Shown: positions 29,031 to 36,782 of the stretch, one piece after another
Numbering within the stretch: position 1 is the first letter of the stretch
Layout of the letters: the number at the start of each line of letters is the position of its first letter
Origin: Candidatus Saccharimonadales bacterium
Lineage (GTDB): Bacteria; Patescibacteriota; Saccharimonadia; Saccharimonadales; UBA10212
Direction: 5' to 3'
Assembly: GCA_040900055.1 (NCBI GenBank)
Contig: JBBDZU010000006.1
Location: forward strand, 19 to 64,018
DNA: 64,000 nucleotides
Notes under the pieces: model-generated
Seen by the model: the letters and a program-made list of their open reading frames with translations, nothing else
Told to the model about the DNA's origin: nothing
The model's database searches: none
Program-made: the position numbers and the translations under genes

Positions 29031-30311
29031 CTACCCGCCTTCTAGTTCGTCTATCTTCGGGTCACCGATAATAATTTTCTGGTCAGGTTCCCAACCCTGG
29101 CGGGTTAACTCTCGGGTAATGCCCATTTTACCCATAATGTCCCGTAAGCGCTGGCGGCCCCAGTAGTCGTCAAAGCGGGTTCGTTTGGCAAAGCGTTCAA
29201 TTTTTGTGCCAGTTACTAAAAAGGCCCTGTCCATTTTTTTGACTTGCCAAGCAGCTTCATCTGGCCGCAAGCCAATGACTGGTAGCGATGCTTTAAGTTT
29301 CTTTTTGGTAGCCTTTTTTTGGACTCCTGTGAGCTGTTTTTTGGTGGTGCGCAAGAGTTCGGCTAAGCCCATCCCGGAAAGAGCCGAGATAGCTATTACC
29401 GGAGTACCTCGGGGAGCTAATTTTTTTAATGTTTTTAAATGTTTAGCCCTGGTTTTTTCATCTAGCCCTTCGATTTTTGTCAGCACTACTAGTTGAGGGC
29501 GCTTAGATAAGTCGACTTTATAAGCGGCAAGCTCAGCCACAATGGTTTTATAGGCACCGGCAATGTCCTCGGCGTAGGCGTCAATCAAATGGACTAAGAC
29601 GTTAGTTCGCTCAATGTGGCGCAAAAATTCATCACCCAGGCCCTTGCCGGTATGGGCCCCAGCGATTAAGCCGGGTATATCGGCAAATAATAGGCTGGTT
29701 GTTTTATCAATATCAACTACTCCCAAGTTGGGGGTCAAAGTAGTAAAGGGGTAGTTGGCAATGGCTGGCCTGGCGTTAGAAATAACCGAAAGCAGCGTAG
29801 ATTTGCCAGCATTGGGCAGCCCCACAATGCCAATATCGGCAATCATTTTCATCTCGAAGACAGTTTGAGCGACTTGGCCCCTTTCGCCTTTTTCCGCCAC
29901 CATTGGCACCTGGCGCCGCGAACTAACAAAATGAGCATTACCAAACCCACCCTTGCCACCCTTGGCCGCTACCACCGATTGCCCATCTTCGGTTAGGTCG
30001 GCTAAAACTTCGCCGGCGTCATCGGTAATAACTGTGCCAACTGGCACAGCGATCTCTAGGTCTTGGCCGTTTTTGCCATGCCTACGCCTACGGCCTCCGG
30101 ACTGCCCGGCTTCGGCTCTTAAAACTTTTTTATAGCGCAGCAAAGCCAAGGTATTCAGGTTGCGGCTAGCCTTAACAATAATGTCGCCGCCGTTGCCGCC
30201 ATTACCACCGTCTGGCCCGCCCTTATCTACAAACTTTTCGCGACGAAAGTTAACAATACCATCACCACCATTGCCGGCTTCTAGCCTTACTGCGACCGTA
30301 TCAACAAACAT
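29031..30311 (-). CDS. obg: GTPase Obg/CgtA
   Basis: 426 aa. Gly-rich Obg fold ('GGNGGNGGDI'), G1 'GLPNAGKST', G3 'DIPGLI', and a C-terminal TGS-like/OCT domain. Confidence 0.95.
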   Translation of the reverse strand: MFVDTVAVRLEAGNGGDGIVNFRREKFVDKGGPDGGNGGNGGDIIVKASRNLNTLALLRYKKVLRAEAGQSGGRRRRHGKNGQDLEIAVPVGTVITDDAGEVLADLTEDGQSVVAAKGGKGGFGNAHFVSSRRQVPMVAEKGERGQVAQTVFEMKMIADIGIVGLPNAGKSTLLSVISNARPAIANYPFTTLTPNLGVVDIDKTTSLLFADIPGLIAGAHTGKGLGDEFLRHIERTNVLVHLIDAYAEDIAGAYKTIVAELAAYKVDLSKRPQLVVLTKIEGLDEKTRAKHLKTLKKLAPRGTPVIAISALSGMGLAELLRTTKKQLTGVQKKATKKKLKASLPVIGLRPDEAAWQVKKMDRAFLVTGTKIERFAKRTRFDDYWGRQRLRDIMGKMGITRELTRQGWEPDQKIIIGDPKIDELEGG

Positions 30312-30356
30312 ACTTATAGCTTAAAGCTAAAAGCCTAAAACTCTAGCGATAATTAA

Positions 30357-31400
30357 TCAGCGGTAAATATAGTGGTGGTATTTGGTAGCTGGTACCCAGT
30401 CGACTGTTCGACCCACTCGGTTCCAGCCAGCCAGCCCGTTCATGTCGGAATATTTAATCATTAGCCCGTCGTCTGACACTGCTTCGACTAGACCAACATG
30501 ACCTAATCCGCCGTCGCGCTGGGCGATCGCCCCCGCTCTTGGTAAAATGCTGACCGTCCAGCCAGACAACCTTGCATAGTTATCCCAGGTGCTTGCATTA
30601 CCCCAGTTATTGGGTACGCTAATTTTATTAGCTACATACCATGTGCAGTAACCGTAGTCATAGCCGTTATAGCCGCTGCTGCTTGGTGAGAAGGCTACAA
30701 ATGAACTAAAGGTTATCACTGGTGTCAACCGACCGTTAGGGATAATTATTAGTTCGCCAACTTTTAGTCCGCGAATTTCGGCATCATTATAGGTAACTAT
30801 TTGACTTTCAATAGACTGGTATTTGCGAGCTAAGGAAGCAGGAGTATCGCCGGCTTTAACCTCATAAACAATGCCGTTAACCGGAGGGACGCGCAGGCTA
30901 CGACCGGCTGCCACAAAATTACCGGTAAGGTCGTTAGACCAACGAATGCTGTCTGCCGAGACCCCAAACTTTTCGGCCAAGCTGGCAACAGAGTCGCCAG
31001 CTTGGGCCTCATAAATAATGATGTCGGCTTTAGATTTTTGGGCAGTTGCTACGATTTGCGGTTTGGACAGCGTGGTTGAGTCGTTAGGGACTATAGATAG
31101 CAGGAGCGTGTCTGAGTCGGCTTGGTTTTTAATAGCAGTTAGCTCCGGCACCCTCGTTAACTGGGCGGCACTTAAGGCAATCTGCGCCGAAGACAGCCTA
31201 TCCAGGGGGTTAGTGACGGAACTAGCAGTAGTGGTCGCACTATTTAAAGTGCTGCTCCTAATAGTCTGGCTAGCCGAGCGGTTAGTAAAAATAAAGGCAG
31301 TAACAGCTACTAACAGTAAGCTGTTACCTAAAATTAGACCCCAGCGAAACATTTTACGCTTGCTACGTCTGCCTAATTTGCCGGGCAAACTCGGCAGCAT
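30357..31400 (-). CDS. Peptidoglycan hydrolase with two LysM repeats and a C-terminal CHAP domain
   Basis: 347 aa. LysM repeats ('YEAQAGDSVASLAEKFGV', 'YEVKAGDTPASLARKYQ'). CHAP catalytic context 'GYCTWYVA' with a later 'GHVGLVEAV'. Confidence 0.8.
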   Translation of the reverse strand: MLPSLPGKLGRRSKRKMFRWGLILGNSLLLVAVTAFIFTNRSASQTIRSSTLNSATTTASSVTNPLDRLSSAQIALSAAQLTRVPELTAIKNQADSDTLLLSIVPNDSTTLSKPQIVATAQKSKADIIIYEAQAGDSVASLAEKFGVSADSIRWSNDLTGNFVAAGRSLRVPPVNGIVYEVKAGDTPASLARKYQSIESQIVTYNDAEIRGLKVGELIIIPNGRLTPVITFSSFVAFSPSSSGYNGYDYGYCTWYVANKISVPNNWGNASTWDNYARLSGWTVSILPRAGAIAQRDGGLGHVGLVEAVSDDGLMIKYSDMNGLAGWNRVGRTVDWVPATKYHHYIYR

Positions 31401-31539
31401 ATCAAAAGAACCGCTGGCTAATAACTTAGGCTGCGCTAAGAGGCGTTTACGAATTTATGGCTCCTGGTCAAAATCGTTAAAATGTGTAGTATCAAAGGCG
31501 TATTCAAGAAGTTGTCTGCCATAGCCTTTTACTACAGCC

Positions 31540-31548
31540 CCATTATAA
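31540..31548 (-). promoter_or_regulatory. Extended -10 (TGTTATAAT) upstream of the LysM-CHAP gene
   Basis: Minus strand reads CTTGTTATAATGGGG about 140 nt upstream of the ORF start. The leader has no function I can assign. Confidence 0.35.
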
Positions 31549-31610
31549 CAAGCATTAAGCTATGTTTAGGGTCGGCTTATCTGTTAATAAGCGTGTTGAC
31601 AAGCTACAAT

Positions 31611-32615
31611 CTAGCGACATTTTTGGGTACAGTACCGTGCTACGGCTGCCTCGTGCTCAGCTTTGGTTTTAGAAAAATGGATTACGTCATCATCGCCAGC
31701 CACAAAGAATAAATAGTCGGTTTTGGCGGGATTGGCTACGGCCTTAAGCGAAGAATCTGTTACGTTGCTAAGCGGTTTAGGCGGTAGCCCCTCGTTCTCA
31801 TAGGTATTAAATCGACTGGTAGTGGCATCGGACTCAAGTTTTATGCCCTGACTAAGTCGTTTGTAAAAAACTTGGGCCACCGTTGGCTGGGCTTCGGGGT
31901 CATCTGTTTCCTGATAAACTATCGAAGCCAAAATAATGGCCCGGTAAATACTTAGGCCCCTTTTGGCAAAAGCTGTGGTGATATCTGGTGTTAAATACTT
32001 GTTCATTTCATCTAGTGAAGCCCTAATAATTTGCCGAGGAGGGGTGTCAGCTAGTTTCTGGAAGGAGTCAGGGTAAAGATAACCCTCCAAAGTAGCACCC
32101 CTGGGCAAACTGGCCAAGGCTGGATGGCCTGCGTAGTTAGCCGGCTTAAAAGCCTCTTCCACTTGGCCTTTAGAATAGCCTTCATGTAAAAAGGCTTGTT
32201 TAATCTCGTCTAAAGTTTTTCCCGGTAAAATCGTAAAAAGGTTTTTTGCCACTTCGCCCTCCACCATTTTATTAACGATTTGCGACACGTTCATCGAAGG
32301 ACCAAGAACATAGGTACCGGCTTGGAGTTTGTCATTATACTCTTTGCTCCTGACATAGGTTTCAAATGCTTTGGCATTACGGATGAGCTTGGCCCACTCT
32401 AAATCGACGGCAATTTTATGAACGCTACTGCCAGATGCTACGGTGAAGTACCGTGTTTCTGAGCTAGAATGATTGACTGGTTCTAGATTGCGGTTATACC
32501 AATCCCTAACAGCAACAATACCAACTATAGCAATTAGTCCAGCAACTACGGCGGCTATTAACCACACTTTAGAAGGTCGTTTTTTAAGCCTAGGAACTCT
32601 TTTTATCACCTTCAC
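31611..32615 (-). CDS. mltG: Endolytic murein transglycosylase MltG (YceG-like)
   Basis: 334 aa. N-terminal TM and YceG-like signature ('ILASIVYQE', 'YNTYENEGLPPKPLSN'). Confidence 0.85.
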   Translation of the reverse strand: MKVIKRVPRLKKRPSKVWLIAAVVAGLIAIVGIVAVRDWYNRNLEPVNHSSSETRYFTVASGSSVHKIAVDLEWAKLIRNAKAFETYVRSKEYNDKLQAGTYVLGPSMNVSQIVNKMVEGEVAKNLFTILPGKTLDEIKQAFLHEGYSKGQVEEAFKPANYAGHPALASLPRGATLEGYLYPDSFQKLADTPPRQIIRASLDEMNKYLTPDITTAFAKRGLSIYRAIILASIVYQETDDPEAQPTVAQVFYKRLSQGIKLESDATTSRFNTYENEGLPPKPLSNVTDSSLKAVANPAKTDYLFFVAGDDDVIHFSKTKAEHEAAVARYCTQKCR

Positions 32616-32641
32616 AACCTACCTGGGTAGCTGTCGGCCTG

Positions 32642-33052
32642 TCAAGCTGACTGCCGCTGCTCTTTAGGTGTATTAAAAAAATCTTCTAAAATTATGGCGG
32701 CAGCCAGCGCGTCGATCCCGGAAGAGCGCCCTACTTTGCTAGTTTCTGCCGCTTTGGATGTTAAGGCTTCGTCTTGTAAGTAAAGCGGTATGTCAAATTT
32801 GGTTTTTAGCTTTTTTGCCCACTGGCGCACCGAAGCCGTTTGGGCAGTATCTTGACCTTCCAAGTTACGCGGTAGGCCGATTACGATGGCCGCCACCGGC
32901 TGGGTCTGTACAAGCTTTTCGATAGCGGAAAATGCCTCGGATACATTAACAGTCATTAAGGGTTCTGGAAGTTTTGCTAACGCAGAGGCCCGAGCAATAC
33001 CAACACGCTTAGTGCCCACATCCAGCGCTAGAATTTGTTCAACGGGGCTCAT
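32642..33052 (-). CDS. ruvX: Putative pre-16S rRNA nuclease / Holliday junction resolvase-like protein YqgF
   Basis: 136 aa. 'LALDVGTKRVGIA' and 'IVIGLPRNLEG...DEALTS' are RuvX/YqgF motifs. Confidence 0.85.
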   Translation of the reverse strand: MSPVEQILALDVGTKRVGIARASALAKLPEPLMTVNVSEAFSAIEKLVQTQPVAAIVIGLPRNLEGQDTAQTASVRQWAKKLKTKFDIPLYLQDEALTSKAAETSKVGRSSGIDALAAAIILEDFFNTPKEQRQSA

Positions 33053-34742
33053 CGGCGGCGGCAGTTTTATCGGCCGTGACAGTAACTGTAACTTTGCTAG
33101 CCTTCTTTGGCACCTTAGAAACCCAAAAAGGACTCAAGTGCACATCTACTTTTGTTACACCAGGTATCACGCCAATAGTGCTTTTAATATAACCGCTCTT
33201 TTGGCCCATCACCTGCTTTTCAACTGCATTTTTGTCGATGTTTGGTAAAACGTCGGTTTCAACGCCTATAGCTAGCACCGCCACGGTTGGTGACGATTGG
33301 CTTTGAACCGTTATATTAACGTCTTCCAGTACATTACCGCTTAATTGCTGATTATCTTGGTCTATTTGATTTTTAAGGTTATGGGTAATGGCTTCTTTAA
33401 GATGGTCTTTAGTAACCACTAAAACGCTATAGCTAACTTTAACCGTCACATTCGCTGTGCTGGTTTGTTGGCCAACGGCTGGCGTCGCGGTTACTTCGGC
33501 GTCAGAAATTTTTAAGGTTGGGATAATCACAAAAAACCCTTCATCGCTTAATGACTTTTGGAAATCCTGGGAGAATTTGTCGGAGGCGGCTGAGGTAATT
33601 TCTTCCTTAACCTTGTCCACATCCTGTTGGCTTAAAACCGTCACGTTATTGTCGGTCCCTCCCGACAATGCACTAGGGTTGGTGGCCGAGACATTGCTAT
33701 AACCAACCACTGCAAATGAAGAGTTAGCACCAACATTATAGGCGCTACCGCCTTGCTGGGCGACAATATCGGTAGAGCTAGTCGAAGGATAGTTTATACA
33801 GCTGTCACTGACAGTGCCTGATGAGCTGAAGCTGGTATTTTCTTGGGTTATAAATGTCAGACCCTTGGTGGTGAGCCCGGTGCCCGCAGGGACGCTCGAA
33901 GGCGGCTGGATAGTTCCACAAACCTGGTAGGTCATATTAACGGCGCCAGTGGCTTTTTTGCCTAAATTCTGTTGGCCAGTTGCCTGGATGTCTTTTTTGG
34001 CAGTTTGGTCTGATTTTTTAAGCTGCACAGGAATGATGCCCTGCCCTTTGTCTAGTTCTTTAGCAGTGTCGGAGGTGGTTAAGTTAAAATTACCCGAAAA
34101 TGGTGTACTGGTAGTCTGAATGGCGATAGTCGCTTTAGGCAGCACAAAAATCGCAAATATAATAAAGGTAATTAAGGCGATCAGTCCTAGAATACCTAGG
34201 CCCAAAAGCAAGCGAAAACGGTCAAAATTAGGCACTTTTAACTTTTTATTTTTGGGCGGTTTAACGGGAGTTTTATCTGTTTTTGATTCGTCATCATCGG
34301 CAAGCGCAATAGCCTCTGACGCATCATTGGAGTAGGATGCCGCAAGCTCGCCAATCGGGCGCTCATAGTCAATTTTAGCCGGCATTTCTTGGTCAGGATC
34401 CGCCGGCGTAGACGGGCTGGGGGTAGCAGCTTCGGGCTGGGATGGAACATGGGCAGAAGCTTCCAAGCTTTTGGCTACCGGCAAACCGGCCGCTCCGGCC
34501 AGCGGCATCAGGGCTGACTCGCTAGTAACCAAGACTACTTTTTTGTTGGCGTTTTTGGCGCTACGGGCCAGTAAGCGCATGTTAACTATGCTTTGAAGGA
34601 CAACGGCCCGTTTTGGTAATACTAAAGCAATTTCTTTGCTGCCAGAGGCTTCTACTTTAGAGATAATAGAGGTAATATCATCTTCGACATCTATGTAAAT
34701 AGTGTCTTTGGCTGGTTTGGGTGATGTTTTAGCTTCAGTCAT
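33039..34742 (-). CDS. Large single-pass membrane protein, function unknown
   Basis: 567 aa. Cytoplasmic N-domain, Pro/acidic linker, TM ('LLLGLGILGLIALITFIIFAIFVL') and a Thr/Ser-rich exodomain. 4-nt overlap with the ftsA-like gene suggests a division or envelope operon. Confidence 0.5.
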   Translation of the reverse strand: MTEAKTSPKPAKDTIYIDVEDDITSIISKVEASGSKEIALVLPKRAVVLQSIVNMRLLARSAKNANKKVVLVTSESALMPLAGAAGLPVAKSLEASAHVPSQPEAATPSPSTPADPDQEMPAKIDYERPIGELAASYSNDASEAIALADDDESKTDKTPVKPPKNKKLKVPNFDRFRLLLGLGILGLIALITFIIFAIFVLPKATIAIQTTSTPFSGNFNLTTSDTAKELDKGQGIIPVQLKKSDQTAKKDIQATGQQNLGKKATGAVNMTYQVCGTIQPPSSVPAGTGLTTKGLTFITQENTSFSSSGTVSDSCINYPSTSSTDIVAQQGGSAYNVGANSSFAVVGYSNVSATNPSALSGGTDNNVTVLSQQDVDKVKEEITSAASDKFSQDFQKSLSDEGFFVIIPTLKISDAEVTATPAVGQQTSTANVTVKVSYSVLVVTKDHLKEAITHNLKNQIDQDNQQLSGNVLEDVNITVQSQSSPTVAVLAIGVETDVLPNIDKNAVEKQVMGQKSGYIKSTIGVIPGVTKVDVHLSPFWVSKVPKKASKVTVTVTADKTAAADEPR

Positions 34743-36055
34743 ACCTTGAGGACCTTATTTAAGCGGGTTTTAAGCGAGATATCGGCGGGGGCCGCCCCCG
34801 AGTTAATGGTGTCCATGCCCACTCTAAGTAATCCCATGGCTGTTATAAAGGTATGATCAGTAACGTCGCCGGTGCTGTCTTTTATACCAACGACTTCGTC
34901 GGGCCGAATGTGCTTAACCGTAGGCTTACGGGTAAAAGGCAGGCTACGATACCAGTCGCCAGTCTCTAGCCTGTCCATAAGCATTTGTAAGGATGAGCCA
35001 CCGCCACATAGCAGTATCCGGTGGGGTAGATGATCTAATTTTGTAAATTCGGCCAGGGCTAGCTCTACCCCTGAAATCCAAACATTCAAGGTCTTCTCCA
35101 AGGCCTTTATAACTTGCTCTTTTTGGGGTGAGGCGGGCCCATCGGAGGCTAAATCTAGCTTTAAGGCCTCGGCTTTAGCAAAATCGACATCTAAATCACG
35201 CTCTATAGCGTGACTGTAAGCGCGGCCGCCAATGCCAAACATTTTAGTACCTTCTACGCCGCCTTCATTAACCACTGCAATATCGGTAGTACCCCCACCA
35301 ACGTCCATAAGCACGGCGCTAACAGAGGTATTAGGGTCGTCACCAACCATAGAGCGGGCCACTGCAAAAGGCTCAGCTGCTACTGCCAAAAGTTCCAAGT
35401 CAAGCTCTGTAGCGGTTCGTTCCAAAGCCCCAATATGGATCATTGGCGCAAAGGCCGTGTACATTTCTACCACCAAATCACGTCCCTGAAACCCCACAGG
35501 GTTAGTCACTTTATAGCCGTCAATTTCCATGCGGGTTAGAGCGCTGTTAACTAGTCTAACCTGCACATCTTTGCCACCTAGTTCCCAGGCTAGGTCGTGA
35601 CGGGCTTTGGCTTCGGCCCGTTCCTGGACTAACTCAATAATTCGCTCCATCTCATCAATAGAAAGCTCCTTGGTAGGGTTGCTACGCGTAAAACGTACTG
35701 TAGAGGTGGTACCTTTAACTAGCTCGCCGGCTATCCCAATTACTACTGAGCGGGAACTTACCCCCGATTGCTCTTCGGCAGCCGCCAATGCCTTATCGCA
35801 GTTGGCGGTCACAGCAGCAATATCGGCAATAGCTCCAGCTTGCATGTCTGTTAGTTCCTGGTGGGCGCGGCCTACCCCTATAATTTCTACCTCGTTGCCA
35901 ACCACTCGACCAACTAAAGCTTTAATAAATTCGGTGCCAATGTCTAAGGCTACCATATACTGTCCCACCGGACGGTTGCTTCGAGCATGGGAACTAGTTG
36001 GTATCTTGTCCTTTAGCGTGCTGTTTAGGTCTTTAAACTTATCCAGTATGGCCAT
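34739..36055 (-). CDS. ftsA: Actin-like ATPase of the FtsA/PilM family
   Basis: 438 aa. Phosphate-1 'VALDIGTEFIKA' and phosphate-2 'DVGGGTTDIAVV'. FtsA-like size, but no obvious C-terminal amphipathic helix. Confidence 0.7.
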   Translation of the reverse strand: MAILDKFKDLNSTLKDKIPTSSHARSNRPVGQYMVALDIGTEFIKALVGRVVGNEVEIIGVGRAHQELTDMQAGAIADIAAVTANCDKALAAAEEQSGVSSRSVVIGIAGELVKGTTSTVRFTRSNPTKELSIDEMERIIELVQERAEAKARHDLAWELGGKDVQVRLVNSALTRMEIDGYKVTNPVGFQGRDLVVEMYTAFAPMIHIGALERTATELDLELLAVAAEPFAVARSMVGDDPNTSVSAVLMDVGGGTTDIAVVNEGGVEGTKMFGIGGRAYSHAIERDLDVDFAKAEALKLDLASDGPASPQKEQVIKALEKTLNVWISGVELALAEFTKLDHLPHRILLCGGGSSLQMLMDRLETGDWYRSLPFTRKPTVKHIRPDEVVGIKDSTGDVTDHTFITAMGLLRVGMDTINSGAAPADISLKTRLNKVLKV

Positions 36056-36112
36056 CTGTTATAACCTTGGTTAATTGTAGCACAGGGGGTTATAGCGTCG
36101 ACGCGGCAACTA

Positions 36113-36141
36113 TTGACAAATGTAATCATAAGTTGTATTAT
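36113..36141 (+). promoter_or_regulatory. Near-consensus sigma70-type promoter TTGACA-17-TATTAT
   Basis: TTGACA at 36113-36118, a 17-nt spacer, TATTAT at 36136-36141. Oriented toward the high-GC ORF at 36234. Confidence 0.55.
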
Positions 36142-36233
36142 CTGCTAGTTCAAGGCCAAGAAAGTTTTGGACGCACATTTCATTTTCAAGTCCCTAGACT
36201 TCAACCGTCCACTGGGCGAGAAAGGCAGGCTTC

Positions 36234-36572
36234 ATGTCTGCTAAGAGCAAGAGAAACCGACTGGCCACAGCCCTCGGCTTGATCTGGATCTACGCCGAGC
36301 TCATCATCGAGCGCAACGAGGAGCTGATGGCGCACATGGCCACCTTCGGCCGCCGGCTGTGTGTCGGCGGTCTCGTGTCCCTCGCGGTCCTCGCATTCCT
36401 GACCGTGCCCGACTTCCAAGGCGGCGACATCTTGCTGCCGGCGACCGCCATTGCGTGGCTCGTGACGTCGTTGGCGCTCGTGGGTTTGGGGGTCCTCATC
36501 TTCGCCTACTCCCAGATCAAACAGGGAGGCAAGGCCAAGCAGCAAAAGCGGATCCAGGCCCAACAGCAGTAG
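36234..36572 (+). CDS. Small two-TM membrane protein encoded in a high-GC insert
   Basis: 112 aa. Nearly every codon ends in G/C (high GC3). Two hydrophobic helices and a Lys/Gln-rich tail. The overlapping ORFs in other frames are Arg-rich, as expected for high-GC antisense artefacts. Confidence 0.6.
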   Translation: MSAKSKRNRLATALGLIWIYAELIIERNEELMAHMATFGRRLCVGGLVSLAVLAFLTVPDFQGGDILLPATAIAWLVTSLALVGLGVLIFAYSQIKQGGKAKQQKRIQAQQQ

Positions 36573-36584
36573 TCCGCAGCATCC

Positions 36585-36624
36585 GAGGTGGAGGGTCGAG
36601 CGCGAAAGCTCTCTCCTCCACCTC
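36585..36624 (+). terminator. Strong GC-rich hairpin after the high-GC ORF
   Basis: Perfect 10-bp stem GAGGTGGAGG/CCTCCACCTC enclosing an inner GAGC-GCGAAA-GCTC hairpin. Only a weak T-tract follows. Confidence 0.45.
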
Positions 36625-36704
36625 AAGAGTTTGCTATCTCGGGACGGTACTCGCGCCAAGCGTCGCGACAATAGGGTGAGGAGCCCTAACGCCAGGAGGC
36701 AGCC

Positions 36705-36780
36705 ATGTCTTCCAGTGAACCGAGCACTGGTTGGCCACCTCCCCCCATTCCTGAGCTTATTGCGCGGGAATGGGGTATTT
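36705..36780 (+). pseudogene. Possible 5' gene fragment truncated at the right edge of the high-GC insert
   Basis: RBS-like CCAGGAGGCAGCC-ATG, then high-GC codons ('MSSSEPSTGWPPPPIPELIAREWG'). The frame then runs antisense into the alaS 3' end at normal GC. Confidence 0.25.
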
Positions 36781-36782
36781 TT

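Noticed and set aside
31401-31540. A leader of about 140 nt upstream of the LysM-CHAP hydrolase gene, considered as a cyclic-di-AMP (ydaO-type) riboswitch because such riboswitches control cell-wall hydrolases and Rpf genes
   Set aside because: I could not find the conserved pseudo-symmetric ydaO core elements by eye. No claim is made, but an Rfam scan would settle it.
31596-31612. TTGACA...TACAAT near 31597 as a plus-strand promoter
   Set aside because: The two hexamers are only 3 nt apart, so this is not a functional -35/-10 arrangement. No plus-strand gene follows either.
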